From IMG/VR virus record IMGVR_UViG_3300037067_018253: a DNA stretch of 64,000 bases; one strand, written 5' to 3'. A model generated the notes under the pieces. It saw only the letters and a program-made list of their open reading frames with translations. It did no database searches and was not told where the DNA came from. Positions 1 through 10,357 of the stretch are shown here, piece after piece; the first letter of the stretch is position 1; every line of letters begins with the position of its first letter. This DNA comes from a virus. A program made the translations under genes and the position numbers.

Positions 1-145
1 ACCCTCAGACCAGTCGCCGGAAGAATTAGACCAGCTTCCTAGCTATAGTTGTCCGGAATGTGGTGATACTGTAGCATGTAACCGTGATGATGCGGTTAGA
101 CTATTTGGCTTCATCCCAGTAAATACAAATTAAAAAGGGGGTAAC

Positions 146-427
146 ATGCCTAAAACAATTCAGGAATGGACATGGGAAGAGGCTTTCCAGAAGTTCGGAT
201 TCGGGGACGGAAACGAGACAATCCACACGGATGATATTGTTAGTTTATTGGCAAGCATGGGGTGGGGATATAATTACGCAGATAGCTCACATAACCAGTA
301 CATTTTTATGCTGGAAAAGGGTGGTGCCGTTATCGAGTTTGACGGTTATGATGATGAGGCTGCTATCCGCGCAAAGCTACCCATGAAATTAGTCGAGGCA
401 CTGGATAAAGAGTTCCCGGCAGAATAA
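146..427 (+). CDS. hypothetical small protein
   Basis: Complete 93-aa ORF preceded by strong RBS aaaagggggtaacATG; no recognisable motif. Confidence 0.45.
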   Translation: MPKTIQEWTWEEAFQKFGFGDGNETIHTDDIVSLLASMGWGYNYADSSHNQYIFMLEKGGAVIEFDGYDDEAAIRAKLPMKLVEALDKEFPAE

Positions 428-466
428 TAAGGGTAAATAATATATAAGGGGGCAAGGACAGGACTA

Positions 467-1150
467 ATGCAGAACTTCTATAATTCCTTCAGGCCACATC
501 AATTCGGACAAGTCATGGGACAAGATCAATCACTGACAATATTGAAGCGCCAGGCAATCAATCGCAACTTCTCACATAGCTATTTATTCCATGGGCCTAG
601 TGGTACCGGGAAAACGACTACAGCGAGAATACTGGCAATGGCACTATGTTGCGAACACATGGAGGCCGGGGAGCCTTGCGGTAAGTGCATAAACTGCGAG
701 CAAATTATCAAGGGAAGCTACTGGGATGTGGCTGAAATAAATGTGGCTAACTTCCGTGGGGTCGATGACGTGCGGAGCTTATGTTATAAAGCCTACTTAT
801 CGCCATTCGGACCGTATAAAGTGTTCATACTTGATGAAGTGCATATGCTCACCAAAGAGGCCGCTAATTGCCTTCTCAAGTTACTGGAGGAACCACCGGA
901 ACGGTGCGTGTTCATTCTCTGCACAACCGATATCTCAACATTACCAGAGACGCTTTTAAGCCGATGCGCACAGTTCAAATTCAATAAACTGGAGTCCGTG
1001 GATATCCGGCGCAAACTGGACTACGTATGTTCTCAAATCAAAATAGATGCTGATAAAAAGTACCTGGATTTCATAGCGGAAAGCGCACAGGGAAACTGTC
1101 GATCAGCCGAGGGATTACTAGAACAAGTTGTGTGTCTGCAAACAGTATAA
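467..1150 (+). CDS. DNA polymerase III gamma/tau-like clamp-loader AAA+ ATPase (short form)
   Basis: Walker A GPSGTGKTTTARILA, Zn module CGKCINCEQI, Walker B FILDEVHML, sensor/SRC-like LLSRCAQF; collinear with DnaX domains I-II. Confidence 0.8.
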   Translation: MQNFYNSFRPHQFGQVMGQDQSLTILKRQAINRNFSHSYLFHGPSGTGKTTTARILAMALCCEHMEAGEPCGKCINCEQIIKGSYWDVAEINVANFRGVDDVRSLCYKAYLSPFGPYKVFILDEVHMLTKEAANCLLKLLEEPPERCVFILCTTDISTLPETLLSRCAQFKFNKLESVDIRRKLDYVCSQIKIDADKKYLDFIAESAQGNCRSAEGLLEQVVCLQTV

Positions 1151-1209
1151 TCAATTTACGCTACCCGGTAAGCCACCTTGCCGGGGTGCGTTAGGGGATT
1201 ATTTCCAAT

Positions 1210-2124
1210 ATGGAGGTATTCATGGGTGAATTAGATGACTTTTTAATAAGCCGCGGATATGGGAAGCCTAAACCGTCCGAACAGCCGGCAACTTCAGTAC
1301 AAACCCAATCTACAAAGGATGATACCGTTAAATGGCTAGAGTTAATCCGCCCTACCACGGTCGATCTCATTCTCGGGCATAAGGGACGCGGGAAGTCCGG
1401 GCTAGGGTATTTTCTGCTGGACATGTGCGAGAAGCATTACAACCTCACTCCGCACGTAGTTAATCTACCGGATGATAAGCACCACCTGCTACCATGTAAT
1501 TATACCTTCGGTAATCTTGAGGATGTAAAGAAATTCAGAAATTCTGCGGTCTTAATAGACGAGGGAACGTGCGAACTGCCAACCGGATCAAAACTAGAAG
1601 TATTGCTCAAGGGGTATCAATCGCTTTCCAGGCAGCGTAACCAGATCATAATAATCATCTTTCACGCATCCAGTGATGTCGGCTCCCGAATACTGCGCGG
1701 TGTTGATACGGTGATGATAAAGGAGCCTTCCAAGAGGCAAATTCAGCATGGTAGTAAGGATAAGTGGTGGCATGATATCCTGATGGAGGCCAAGAGTAAG
1801 TTCAAGACTATCGCCGATATGGGGGATGATGTGCGTAAGTACACCTTCATTGACAGTGATGAGCCAGAGTTCCAGGGTATGCTTAGTAATTCAGTACCAT
1901 CGTACTGGAATGAAGAATTGAGCTGCGCCTTCGGGGAAACCGGGGATAGTGGGGATAGTGGGGATAGTGATGATGGTACGTTAATGTCCATCGACGGCCA
2001 GGCTGAGATCACGGCGGAAATGCGCGCCCGGGGTGTAGCCATGGAAACTGTTACCACGCCAAGCGGTAACTACAGGGTTTTCATGGATCCCTTTGATGCT
2101 AAAATAACATGGATGGAGAAATAA
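1210..2124 (+). CDS. P-loop NTPase (RecA/Zot-like fold) with acidic GDS tandem repeat
   Basis: Walker A GHKGRGKSGLG, Walker B AVLIDEG; 3x GGGGATAGT repeat encoding GDSGDSGDSDDG near the C-terminus. Confidence 0.5.
   Translation: MEVFMGELDDFLISRGYGKPKPSEQPATSVQTQSTKDDTVKWLELIRPTTVDLILGHKGRGKSGLGYFLLDMCEKHYNLTPHVVNLPDDKHHLLPCNYTFGNLEDVKKFRNSAVLIDEGTCELPTGSKLEVLLKGYQSLSRQRNQIIIIIFHASSDVGSRILRGVDTVMIKEPSKRQIQHGSKDKWWHDILMEAKSKFKTIADMGDDVRKYTFIDSDEPEFQGMLSNSVPSYWNEELSCAFGETGDSGDSGDSDDGTLMSIDGQAEITAEMRARGVAMETVTTPSGNYRVFMDPFDAKITWMEK
1941..1972 (+). repeat. 9-bp tandem repeat (ggggatagt x3) inside the NTPase CDS
   Basis: Direct reading of the sequence. Confidence 0.7.
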
Positions 2125-2399
2125 TGTCAGTCTGTATTCACTGCAGGAAACATTTACCCGGCCCGGATGGATATACAATTTGCCTGCCATGCGCCAGTGA
2201 ACTGATAGACCATTGCGCTACCAATGCTGAGATATGCGCTCTGGCTAAAGTGGGGATGGATGCACTGGTAGACGAAGCCACGGGGTATCAAAAGATTAGA
2301 CCGCGTTTTGACCTACAGGAACGCCTGCGGAAATATCATCAAAAACGCCTCGCCATATTCAGCGAAATAGAAGCGAGATTAACGGAGGGGAAACAATGA
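2109..2399 (+). CDS. small Zn-ribbon protein
   Basis: CIHCRKH...CLPCASE paired CxxC motifs; start overlaps the previous stop. Confidence 0.45.
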   Translation: MDGEIMSVCIHCRKHLPGPDGYTICLPCASELIDHCATNAEICALAKVGMDALVDEATGYQKIRPRFDLQERLRKYHQKRLAIFSEIEARLTEGKQ

Positions 2400-2677
2400 A
2401 AAGGCTAATTATCTTGGCAATCATGGCGGTAGTAGCCCTAGCCACACCCATCTTGGCTGATACATCGGAGGTGCAACCACCTTCGCCTACTCCAATTATC
2501 ATCCATGGTGATATCAATATGGATGGCAGGGTTGACGCTTGTGACATTACTAAATGTGAGCGTATTATGATTGGAATGGATAAGCCTACACCCGGCGCCG
2601 ATGTTAACCATGACGGACAGGTTAACTCTATAGACCTGACAAAAGTTGAAAGAATAATTTGCAGACTGGACTATTAA
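2396..2677 (+). CDS. secreted dockerin (type I)-domain protein
   Basis: N-terminal signal-like hydrophobic segment; two Ca-binding dockerin repeats DINMDGRVDACDITKCERIMIG and DVNHDGQVNSIDLTKVERIIC. Confidence 0.7.
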   Translation: MKRLIILAIMAVVALATPILADTSEVQPPSPTPIIIHGDINMDGRVDACDITKCERIMIGMDKPTPGADVNHDGQVNSIDLTKVERIICRLDY

Positions 2678-3020
2678 CCATGGTCAATAATCGAAGGACC
2701 AAGTGGAGAATTACTGCCAAAACGTGCCAATACAGAACTACTGATGCTTCCAGAAATGCGACCGGTAACCCTTTATGTTCGGTGTTACATCCACATATAA
2801 TGCGCTGCACGTTCTCAAAATGTCCCTTCGCGATGCGAGATAGAAATGAATAAAGCAATACAGAAGATCAGGGACTATGAAGACGAAGGTTATCGGTATG
2901 AATTGATGGACGTGGAGGAATCTCAATATACAGATATCGAAACCATGGAATCTGGCGACCGCGTTGTCATCCAAGTGGCCATGAAAAGGGTAAATAAAAG
3001 GGGGATTAAAGGGGGTAAAA

Positions 3021-3683
3021 ATGAGCTATCGTGTATTATTTAGTTTTTCGACTGGCATATCTAAGCCAATAGTCGTGCAAAAGGGCACACTGGAAAATAT
3101 AAAAGAGCGCGTTCATCTAACTGAAGAGGCATTAGGTCTTGAGGTCGAACAATACCGTGATAACCCTAAGTACTGGAAATCCACTGAACCCGAAGATGGT
3201 GTATCCGATAAACTGTATTGCCAGGTAGCCGAGGAACATAACAATTTTATCCGGTGGCTTTACCATCATTTTACGGACCATGCTGAAGTGCCATTTCCAG
3301 GTGATAGTGAGACGATAACGCCGGAGCAAATAGCACCTTTTTGGCATGGCTTAGTGGAAATAGATGTCCCCGTTGAGAGGTGGACCCGGGACTACTACGT
3401 TGCGCGCATGGAAGAGTTGTATGAATCAATGCGTGGCCGCGGTGAGGTTATAATATTCGATAGCAAGCCACTTACCGAAAGACAGGCAGCTGATGTAATT
3501 AATATATTTGCCGGCTATCTTGATAAACATGATGTTAGACTGGATTCCCCAGGGACAGATTCCCTAGCTGGTGAGGATGACGGCGGGTATTACTGGTGTG
3601 AAAAATGCGGGGCTGTTACCGAGCAACACGTCGTCGAATGCAAGAAGCGCAAATGCCCTATAAAAGCAGAGTGGGGAGACTAA
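3021..3683 (+). CDS. hypothetical protein with C-terminal Zn-ribbon
   Basis: RBS aaagggggtaaaaATG; C-terminal CEKCG...CKKRKC. Confidence 0.45.
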   Translation: MSYRVLFSFSTGISKPIVVQKGTLENIKERVHLTEEALGLEVEQYRDNPKYWKSTEPEDGVSDKLYCQVAEEHNNFIRWLYHHFTDHAEVPFPGDSETITPEQIAPFWHGLVEIDVPVERWTRDYYVARMEELYESMRGRGEVIIFDSKPLTERQAADVINIFAGYLDKHDVRLDSPGTDSLAGEDDGGYYWCEKCGAVTEQHVVECKKRKCPIKAEWGD

Positions 3684-4037
3684 GTGTTGAATCGAATCAA
3701 TCTCTGTAAATACTGTTTGAGCGACTGCAAGAAAAGCACGGTAGCCGGATGTAACCGGTACAACGAGGTCACAAAGGTAGACTTCTTCAGGGAAATGAAG
3801 CAAAAAGGAGGCAAAAAGAATGAAAATGGATGATATCAAGCGTCTTATCACGCTACAGCAAGCCGCTGATAACCTCATTATTAAAGAGAGGGAACTTATT
3901 ACTGTATTGGCAAAGGAATCAAAATGACAGACGGGCAACACACTGACTCTAAAATGCCACTCCGGTGTGGGGATTGCGGTAATGAATGGATTAAGTACTT
4001 TAAGTTGCCCATGGATATCAATGAATTTACTCATCAG

Positions 4038-4128
4038 CTTAATGTGACTGTTCCCCACGACTAAGGGACGAGACCCAGGCTATCCAGCCCGATGTGCCCG
4101 CACCGGGGTTTTAGACGGCGGGTATTGA
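4038..4128 (-). mobile_element. MITE-like miniature derivative of the IS200/IS605 element (RE end joined to LE end)
   Basis: About 50 nt match the RE of the full IS (ggctggatagcctgggtctcgtccc...gggaacagtca) fused via about 14 nt to 26 nt matching the LE terminus (tatcaatacccgccgtctaaaacccc); inverted orientation. Confidence 0.6.
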
Positions 4129-4412
4129 TAATACGTTGCCCTAAGTGTCGCGGCCAAAAAGCACTAATGCAGCCATCGGGAGATTTTTATGTCGCAGACT
4201 AGGGTTTTCAAGGGGGATAAGTTTACCCACGCTTTCGGTAGCCCGATTCCACATGGTTCCACTGTGTCAGTAGTTAAATTCTACCCACGCCGGCGTGTTA
4301 TCGTTGAGTATAATGGAGAACAATATTTGACGATGCTGTGGTGCCTAACTAAAATACCTCCATCCTAGAACTATTGCCAAAATTCCCCTGAAAGTGCTAC
4401 GCTTCTAATTAA

Positions 4413-6206
4413 ATGGAGGTGGACATCATGGCTAAATTTCCCAACATCAAGTATAGAGTTAATTACAATGCTTTCCCGGATATATCCTACATCCCCAATC
4501 AAGGTCCCTGTGAAGTAGTGTCCCCATTAGACTATTCATGGCTATCATGGTTCGGGGCGCCACTTCCAGACTTCAGCTTCGCTATTGAACCAGCGGTTAC
4601 TGGTGGTGAGCGTAAAATAGACCAGGCTATGGCCATGCTGAAGAACGGCGTTGAGTCTATTCAGAACAGTACCATCTTCAGGCAGTATCTGGAAACACTG
4701 GCCAAGTTCCATGACTATTCGATTGGCAATATCATGCTGATAATGCTACAAAGCAGGAATGCCACCAGGGTAGCCGGATTTAACACGTGGCGTGACCTGG
4801 GTAGGTTTGTTAAGGCTGGCGAAAAGGGCATCATGATACTAGCCCCCTGCTTGCCGCCAAAAGAGGTGTCTTGCCCATTATGTGGCACCAGTGGGCTGGT
4901 TGAGAAGTCTCTCCGTGAGCATGTCGCCGGCCAGCACCCGGGGGAGAATGTAGCGGCCATAGTTCGAACAGCTAAGGAAGGCGGCTTAACTGGTGGTGCT
5001 ATGTATTTCAAGGTTGTATATGTATTCGACATATCACAGACGGGCGGGAAGGACCTGCCTCAAATAGAGGTGCCAGCGTTATCCGGCGCAGCCAATGAAA
5101 CCCTGTTTTCACAGGCACTGGAGTTGGCACAAACACAGAATGTGGCGGTATCTTTTGAGGCAAGGCAGGCACAGGACCCGGAAATTAAGGGCATGTACTC
5201 TGGAATGGATATATGGGTGAAGGGCGATGAACCCCGGGCGCAGCAACTCAAGACATTACTTCATGAACTCTCCCATTATTACACTGAACGTGTGTTTGGC
5301 ATTGCCCGGGTTGATGCGGAAACCATAGCAGAAAGCTCCGCCTACGTAGTGGCTTCACGCTTTGGCTTCGACACTGGCACCAGGTCATTCCCTTATGTTG
5401 CCATATGGTCTCAGGATAAGAAGGTACTGGAAAAGAACCTGGCATCTATTCGCAGCGTGTCCGCACGGATAATCAGCGGATTAGAGGCTATTACAGTGGA
5501 GGTAAGTTTGCTAAAAGAATCGGACACAATTAATTACTATAACTATAAAGGTAAGAAGGTTGCTACCCCTGACGGAAATGGTGAGGTATTCCGAGCGGAA
5601 AAGGATGCCAAGGGATGGGCTTTCCTTGTGCGACTTGATAACCCGACTTCGCTTGAAAAAGCTAAATATTATCGAGTGGACGAGATTAATCTAGTGAGCC
5701 TGTTGAAAGAAACGGTGGTACCCACCGAGTGTTTCCTTTGTGGTAGAAAAATAAGAACACAACAATCACTTTATTACCGCTTCAATGATAAACTCTGGAA
5801 AGTAAGAGTATGTTCTATTTGTTATTCAGGTGCTAAAAACAATACACCTTCTACCGCTATTTCATGGAAATACGCGGACGAGGAAAGAGATAAAGCCAGA
5901 CGATTATTTGAGTCCGAAGGCAAGCCCGTTCCCGCCGAAGTCCTGAAGGATTATCCCGATTTAAAGCCAGTGAGTCTACTGAAAGAAAGCGCCATTAAAA
6001 CTCCATACCAGTACGGCAGAGAGGCTTTCGGCAAGGGACTTAAGGCAACCCCGCTGCACGATCCTGGTTTCATGAAGGCTTACCCGCTTAAGGGGTCCGT
6101 GGGTGAGAATACGGAATACTTTAAAGAGTGGAGCCAGGGATGGCATGAAGCCAATGCTAAATCAACTGAGGGACCGAGCCAATTGAAAGTCAAGGCCACC
6201 TATTGA
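4413..6206 (+). CDS. ArdC-like protein (N-terminal ssDNA-binding antirestriction domain plus zincin-like HExxH metalloprotease domain)
   Basis: N-terminal region (IFRQYLETLAKFHDYSIGNIMLIMLQ...GFNTWRDLGRFVKAGEKGIMILAP) typical of the ArdC-N/DUF1738 family; HELSH motif at LLHELSHYYTE. Confidence 0.65.
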   Translation: MEVDIMAKFPNIKYRVNYNAFPDISYIPNQGPCEVVSPLDYSWLSWFGAPLPDFSFAIEPAVTGGERKIDQAMAMLKNGVESIQNSTIFRQYLETLAKFHDYSIGNIMLIMLQSRNATRVAGFNTWRDLGRFVKAGEKGIMILAPCLPPKEVSCPLCGTSGLVEKSLREHVAGQHPGENVAAIVRTAKEGGLTGGAMYFKVVYVFDISQTGGKDLPQIEVPALSGAANETLFSQALELAQTQNVAVSFEARQAQDPEIKGMYSGMDIWVKGDEPRAQQLKTLLHELSHYYTERVFGIARVDAETIAESSAYVVASRFGFDTGTRSFPYVAIWSQDKKVLEKNLASIRSVSARIISGLEAITVEVSLLKESDTINYYNYKGKKVATPDGNGEVFRAEKDAKGWAFLVRLDNPTSLEKAKYYRVDEINLVSLLKETVVPTECFLCGRKIRTQQSLYYRFNDKLWKVRVCSICYSGAKNNTPSTAISWKYADEERDKARRLFESEGKPVPAEVLKDYPDLKPVSLLKESAIKTPYQYGREAFGKGLKATPLHDPGFMKAYPLKGSVGENTEYFKEWSQGWHEANAKSTEGPSQLKVKATY

Positions 6207-6224
6207 GATTTAAGGAGCAATCAA

Positions 6225-6563
6225 ATGCCTAAATCAATCGAGCCACGCCCAGATACTTTCAGTATTATTCCGCAGTATAGTTCAGTAAATAATCAACTAG
6301 TTGGTTTCACTGTTGAGGATCCTGAAGGCGGATTAATTGGGAAGCGTGATGACATTATCACCAAGATACATAAAAAGTTTCCCGAGGCCACACCTCGTAT
6401 CCTGAATCAAGCTGATTTTAAATACTTCCGCTATAGAGTGGTTATAAACCTAAAGAAAACAACAAAGGCCGGGGCTGATACTTCTGGAAAGCCCCGGCCT
6501 TTGACTGATGCTGAAATACTACGCCATGCCGATGAGATTATTAAGAGAATGAAATCCTCTTAA
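6225..6563 (+). CDS. hypothetical protein
   Basis: RBS aaggagcaatcaaATG; contains a perfect 11-bp inverted repeat (aaggccggggc/gccccggcctt) within the CDS. Confidence 0.45.
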   Translation: MPKSIEPRPDTFSIIPQYSSVNNQLVGFTVEDPEGGLIGKRDDIITKIHKKFPEATPRILNQADFKYFRYRVVINLKKTTKAGADTSGKPRPLTDAEILRHADEIIKRMKSS

Positions 6564-6802
6564 CGACCGGTGCCGGGGCGCTTTTTCGTGATGTTGAAGC
6601 CGCAGGCTTTACCGGCATCATACAGTGCCTGTTGAACCGCGATGTTATTGCGTCCGCCCATACCCTCGGGCGGTTTGGCGTAGGTCTTACCGGTGAGCTG
6701 ACCCTTGACGCAAATCTGTCCAGCTCCAGCCCGCCTGGCTTTAATACCGAGTGCGCGCCTCACTGTAACGGTAGGTACTGCCCCAAAACTTCTCTTGGCC
6801 AT
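6560..6802 (-). CDS. small basic protein, weak bL27-like resemblance
   Basis: 80 aa, Lys/Arg/Gly-rich; loose collinearity with ribosomal protein L27 (R-LG-K...GTK/GKTY...G-GR...A..DGK); solitary convergent gene followed by an AT-rich region. Confidence 0.3.
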   Translation of the reverse strand: MAKRSFGAVPTVTVRRALGIKARRAGAGQICVKGQLTGKTYAKPPEGMGGRNNIAVQQALYDAGKACGFNITKKRPGTGR

Positions 6803-7103
6803 TTTAATAAATCCTCCTATAAAAATTAAGAGCCACGCAAATTAATGCTGGCTCTTTGTTCCTACGTCCTCAAAGGCTCCTGAACTTTTGTCCTTCAGTT
6901 AGATACTATACCACCTTTTTAATAGTCTTGTCAAGAGTTTTTAAAGTTGGGTAGTGTAAAGTATTGTATTAACCGATACCGCTCAAGCATAATAAAGCTA
7001 AATTTCAAAACTTCGTGTTTAGTTTGCTTTTTTGCGCAGGTTGCACTTTGCCGCTTACATTTCCTGCAAAATTAGGGTGTTTATACCTCTATGGGAACAT
7101 CGC

Positions 7104-7727
7104 CTATTCTATTATAGGTTCAATGGTATATTCTTCCTCTTTCTCTTCCTCTTCCGCTTCACCTTGTTCCTCCCCACTACTATCATACACCGCCAATTGT
7201 GCGGCAAACTGCAATTTAACTACTTTGGGCACCTTTTTAACGAGTAGTAGTCGCCCCCCGGCGCCCGGTAAAAATTCATCCACTGTACCGGCAGTACTTA
7301 GCCCCCTCTCCCTTAACATACTCATAATTTTATTATCTGATAACATTAAATAAGTATCCATAAGTTCAAGTAGATCATCTGTGATTTCCTCGGCACCGGC
7401 CATCTTTAAGGCGTACTCCTTTGGGGACAACTGTGAGTAATCCTCTTTGGCCTTTACGTGGTTAGCCGCCTTGGCCTCCTGCCACTGTTTTCCCTTTTTA
7501 GATTGCTGTTGTTCTATGATGACAGAAAGGAGTATCTGTATCCTTTTACCAACACGCTTAGGTGAGTTTGATTCAATTATCTTGACCCACACCACTGGTT
7601 TAGTGCCCGGTTGCATCGGAGGTATGCTTTCTACCTCAACGATCTCGTCTTCGCCACTTCGGAACTTATCGCCTATTTTTATCGGCTTACGTGTTTTACC
7701 GGGTGGAAGCGCTTTATTCGGCTTCAT
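7104..7727 (-). CDS. hypothetical protein with poly-acidic C-terminal tail
   Basis: 207-aa ORF; C-terminus EEQGEAEEEEKEEEYTIEPIIE. Confidence 0.4.
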   Translation of the reverse strand: MKPNKALPPGKTRKPIKIGDKFRSGEDEIVEVESIPPMQPGTKPVVWVKIIESNSPKRVGKRIQILLSVIIEQQQSKKGKQWQEAKAANHVKAKEDYSQLSPKEYALKMAGAEEITDDLLELMDTYLMLSDNKIMSMLRERGLSTAGTVDEFLPGAGGRLLLVKKVPKVVKLQFAAQLAVYDSSGEEQGEAEEEEKEEEYTIEPIIE

Positions 7728-8074
7728 TGAATCTGCCTACCCTCCTGTACCTGTTGTTTGGCGAAGTTCTGCACCTCGCAATCAAACTCACGAAGCCTGG
7801 CTTTTAATTTATCATCGCCGGCCTTTTCTTTTATATCATCCAGTTTGGCGCAAATTGGCTCTATTTCCGTGTCGCCATGCTCATCCACTGTTTTCATCAG
7901 GTCATTAGCGAGGTCAGCCTTGCCGCGCTCTTCCAGTGTTTCCTTATACCACTGGACCACTGGACCAATCAGGCAAGGGTGACATACTTTATCATCCTTC
8001 TTTACCCATTCCGCCATCGGGACTGTGCAGGAACAGACATCTGTGTTTTCTACGGTGACCCCTTCATTGGACAT
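7724..8074 (-). CDS. hypothetical Cys-containing protein
   Basis: ORF in operon with 7104..7727; CSC...CHPC. Confidence 0.35.
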   Translation of the reverse strand: MSNEGVTVENTDVCSCTVPMAEWVKKDDKVCHPCLIGPVVQWYKETLEERGKADLANDLMKTVDEHGDTEIEPICAKLDDIKEKAGDDKLKARLREFDCEVQNFAKQQVQEGRQIQ

Positions 8075-8283
8075 CTTTACCCCCTTCGGCCTCTAATTTA
8101 TCTCCCAATTATTTACTATTTTCAATCACTAGCCGGACAACGCCGTTATGTAATTCGCAATCACGCTCGAACACCTTCTCTATATTATTTAACATCACTG
8201 GTGTAGGATTTTCAATTCCAATCGCACGCGCCAATTCATTCAAGGCTGCATCCTTTTGCCCCGCCTTATACTTTGTTTGGGCT

Positions 8284-8517
8284 TCAACGTAATGGTCGAG
8301 TGGAAGCATTTTTAATCCTCGCCGTCATCATTTCAGTGGTTAAAGTCTGTTCCTGTACCTTGCCAAGCACAGCCACGAATTGCTTGCATGCGTGACAACG
8401 GATATATATTTCAGCATCATTCACAATACCACGCAACCCTGTGAAGCGCCCGCAGTTAGAACACCGGATATTCTGTAAGCCATCAGGGTTAGCATCAGGA
8501 TGTTTAGGTACCATCAC
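8284..8517 (-). CDS. Zn-ribbon protein
   Basis: CSNCGRF...CHACKQF. Confidence 0.35.
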   Translation of the reverse strand: MMVPKHPDANPDGLQNIRCSNCGRFTGLRGIVNDAEIYIRCHACKQFVAVLGKVQEQTLTTEMMTARIKNASTRPLR

Positions 8518-9554
8518 TTATCCATCCTGGGCTTATAACTAATATCTGGAAAAGCCGTACTACCACCTTGTAGCAATACTCCGCTTTTGATATCGTCTAT
8601 GACTTTTATCATAATTTGCGCTGGGTCCACTATCCCGCGTCCCCTCATTTCCTGCATCACCTTACGATAGTAGGCGAAGTATTCCTTATTGCCTACAATT
8701 ACATCAGCAGTTACATCTTCGTGCGGGGTAGATTTCTTTGCCTTAACTGCCTCCGCCTTTTTAACTGTTTCAATCCCAAGTATTTTATCAATCTCATTCC
8801 TTTTGACCTGGAATGTTATGGACATCAAGGCGGCGGCATTCTGCACTGCCCGGGTGTGTTCCATTGTGCCATCAAGAGCATCTTCGCCACCAGCCCAGTG
8901 CCCCATTTCATGGTAGAAGGTGGATAGGGTGGATTCCTCATCTTCAAGAACATCCGGCACAAGATAAATTACGCCATCACTATAAGAGCATAGTCCTGAT
9001 ACCTGTGCCCCTGTACGTGGATCCGGTGGAATTGTCGCTGCCAGTATTTGAGGTTTGTTACCTCCATAAGTACACCGGTTGCACTGTTCGGATAAAAACC
9101 TTATAAGTTTTAAGTTGGTTTGTGCATTTTTAGACAGGTTTTTATCGAGGATAAACTTAGGTTTTTGCAACTCTTTTGCCCGCAGATCAGCGATGCTTTT
9201 ATCGGTAGGTACTATGTAGTATAGAAAACTTTTCACCGGATAAGTGAAGTCCTCGCCAACGGACTTATACCCGAATGCCTCCGCTATCCTGGATAGGTTA
9301 GGATCGCTCCTTAACACGGCACGCTTGCCATACAATGATTCCCACGCAGAAACCCACGCCGGTTTTTGCTCCTGTTCTTCCTGTAAATAGGCATTACCCC
9401 ACTGGGCGGTACTTTCAAAACTACCACGCTTCTCCATGGCCCTTAACGCCTTAACAGCTAAATCTTTGTCTGTTAAATTGGCCCATAATTTAGCTATAGC
9501 AGTGCGCATGGGCAGAGTTATCGATTTCACTGATACGGTCAGGGTTAAGCTCAA
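8514..9554 (-). CDS. HExxH (zincin-like) metallopeptidase-motif protein
   Basis: YHEMGHWAGGE motif; overlaps the upstream GHKL gene by 65 nt (possible single frameshifted gene). Confidence 0.45.
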   Translation of the reverse strand: MSLTLTVSVKSITLPMRTAIAKLWANLTDKDLAVKALRAMEKRGSFESTAQWGNAYLQEEQEQKPAWVSAWESLYGKRAVLRSDPNLSRIAEAFGYKSVGEDFTYPVKSFLYYIVPTDKSIADLRAKELQKPKFILDKNLSKNAQTNLKLIRFLSEQCNRCTYGGNKPQILAATIPPDPRTGAQVSGLCSYSDGVIYLVPDVLEDEESTLSTFYHEMGHWAGGEDALDGTMEHTRAVQNAAALMSITFQVKRNEIDKILGIETVKKAEAVKAKKSTPHEDVTADVIVGNKEYFAYYRKVMQEMRGRGIVDPAQIMIKVIDDIKSGVLLQGGSTAFPDISYKPRMDK

Positions 9555-10230
9555 GATTCCACAGATTATAGCTGTAATCAGATGGGCTCTCTAAGTCCCT
9601 TACATAGATATCGCCAACATATAACCTACCCTTGGGGCTAGTATATATTTGCTCTCTTCTGTCGAAGCGCCCGACTGATTCAGGATTACTATATATCGGC
9701 TTGCCCAGGAATGTAGTGAATCTATCTTTGTAAAGTTCGCCTGTATAACCCTCGATGGTCACTGTGGTGCCGGTACGTGTCTCATTCTGCTCTTTATATA
9801 TAAATGTGAGCAGGTTGGCCTCAATTCTACCCACGGTCATTGGGGATGCGTAAGCGCGGATAATCACACTGCCACTTTCAATTACAGGGATATACCCAAG
9901 CCGTACCGCCGTGATGCAGGCAAATTTAAGTCCCTCACCAAACCTACCACGCAGGTCCTTCTCCCCTTTAGACTCACGCAACAGCAGGCTTTCAGCGCCA
10001 AGCCCGCGCCCTTGGTCCTGAATAACTAAACCTTTTGTGGATAGTTTTATAGTTGGAGGTATGCTGATACCAGCGTCATCATGCTCATCGAGGGAATTCT
10101 GAAAAAATTCTCGTATAAAAAACCAAGGGGTATCCCAGTGACTTTTATAGGAGATGTCGAATCCCGGCTGAAATACCTTCCACCCCTTGCGCTTATAAGC
10201 GGTGAGTTGATCGGGGGAAAGGATATTCAT
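9490..10230 (-). CDS. GHKL (Hsp90/MORC/histidine-kinase-like) ATPase domain protein
   Basis: Bergerat-fold motifs: N-box FFQNSLDE, DxGxG as IQDQGRGLG, G-rich lid GRFGEGLKF. Confidence 0.6.
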   Translation of the reverse strand: MNILSPDQLTAYKRKGWKVFQPGFDISYKSHWDTPWFFIREFFQNSLDEHDDAGISIPPTIKLSTKGLVIQDQGRGLGAESLLLRESKGEKDLRGRFGEGLKFACITAVRLGYIPVIESGSVIIRAYASPMTVGRIEANLLTFIYKEQNETRTGTTVTIEGYTGELYKDRFTTFLGKPIYSNPESVGRFDRREQIYTSPKGRLYVGDIYVRDLESPSDYSYNLWNLELNPDRISEIDNSAHAHCYS

Positions 10231-10357
10231 TTTTTATCAGTGCCCTGCCCATTCTGTTTCCGGCGCCGGATTTCCTCAACCTGCTGCTTAACCAGCTTGT
10301 CTACACCTGATGTTTTCATGCTAGTATCGATTTCCTGTTTGGTATCACCTTTTTCCA

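Noticed and set aside
6560-6802. Ribosomal protein S11 assignment for the 80-aa basic protein
   Set aside because: Collinearity with S11 was poorer than with L27. I kept only a weak bL27-like note.
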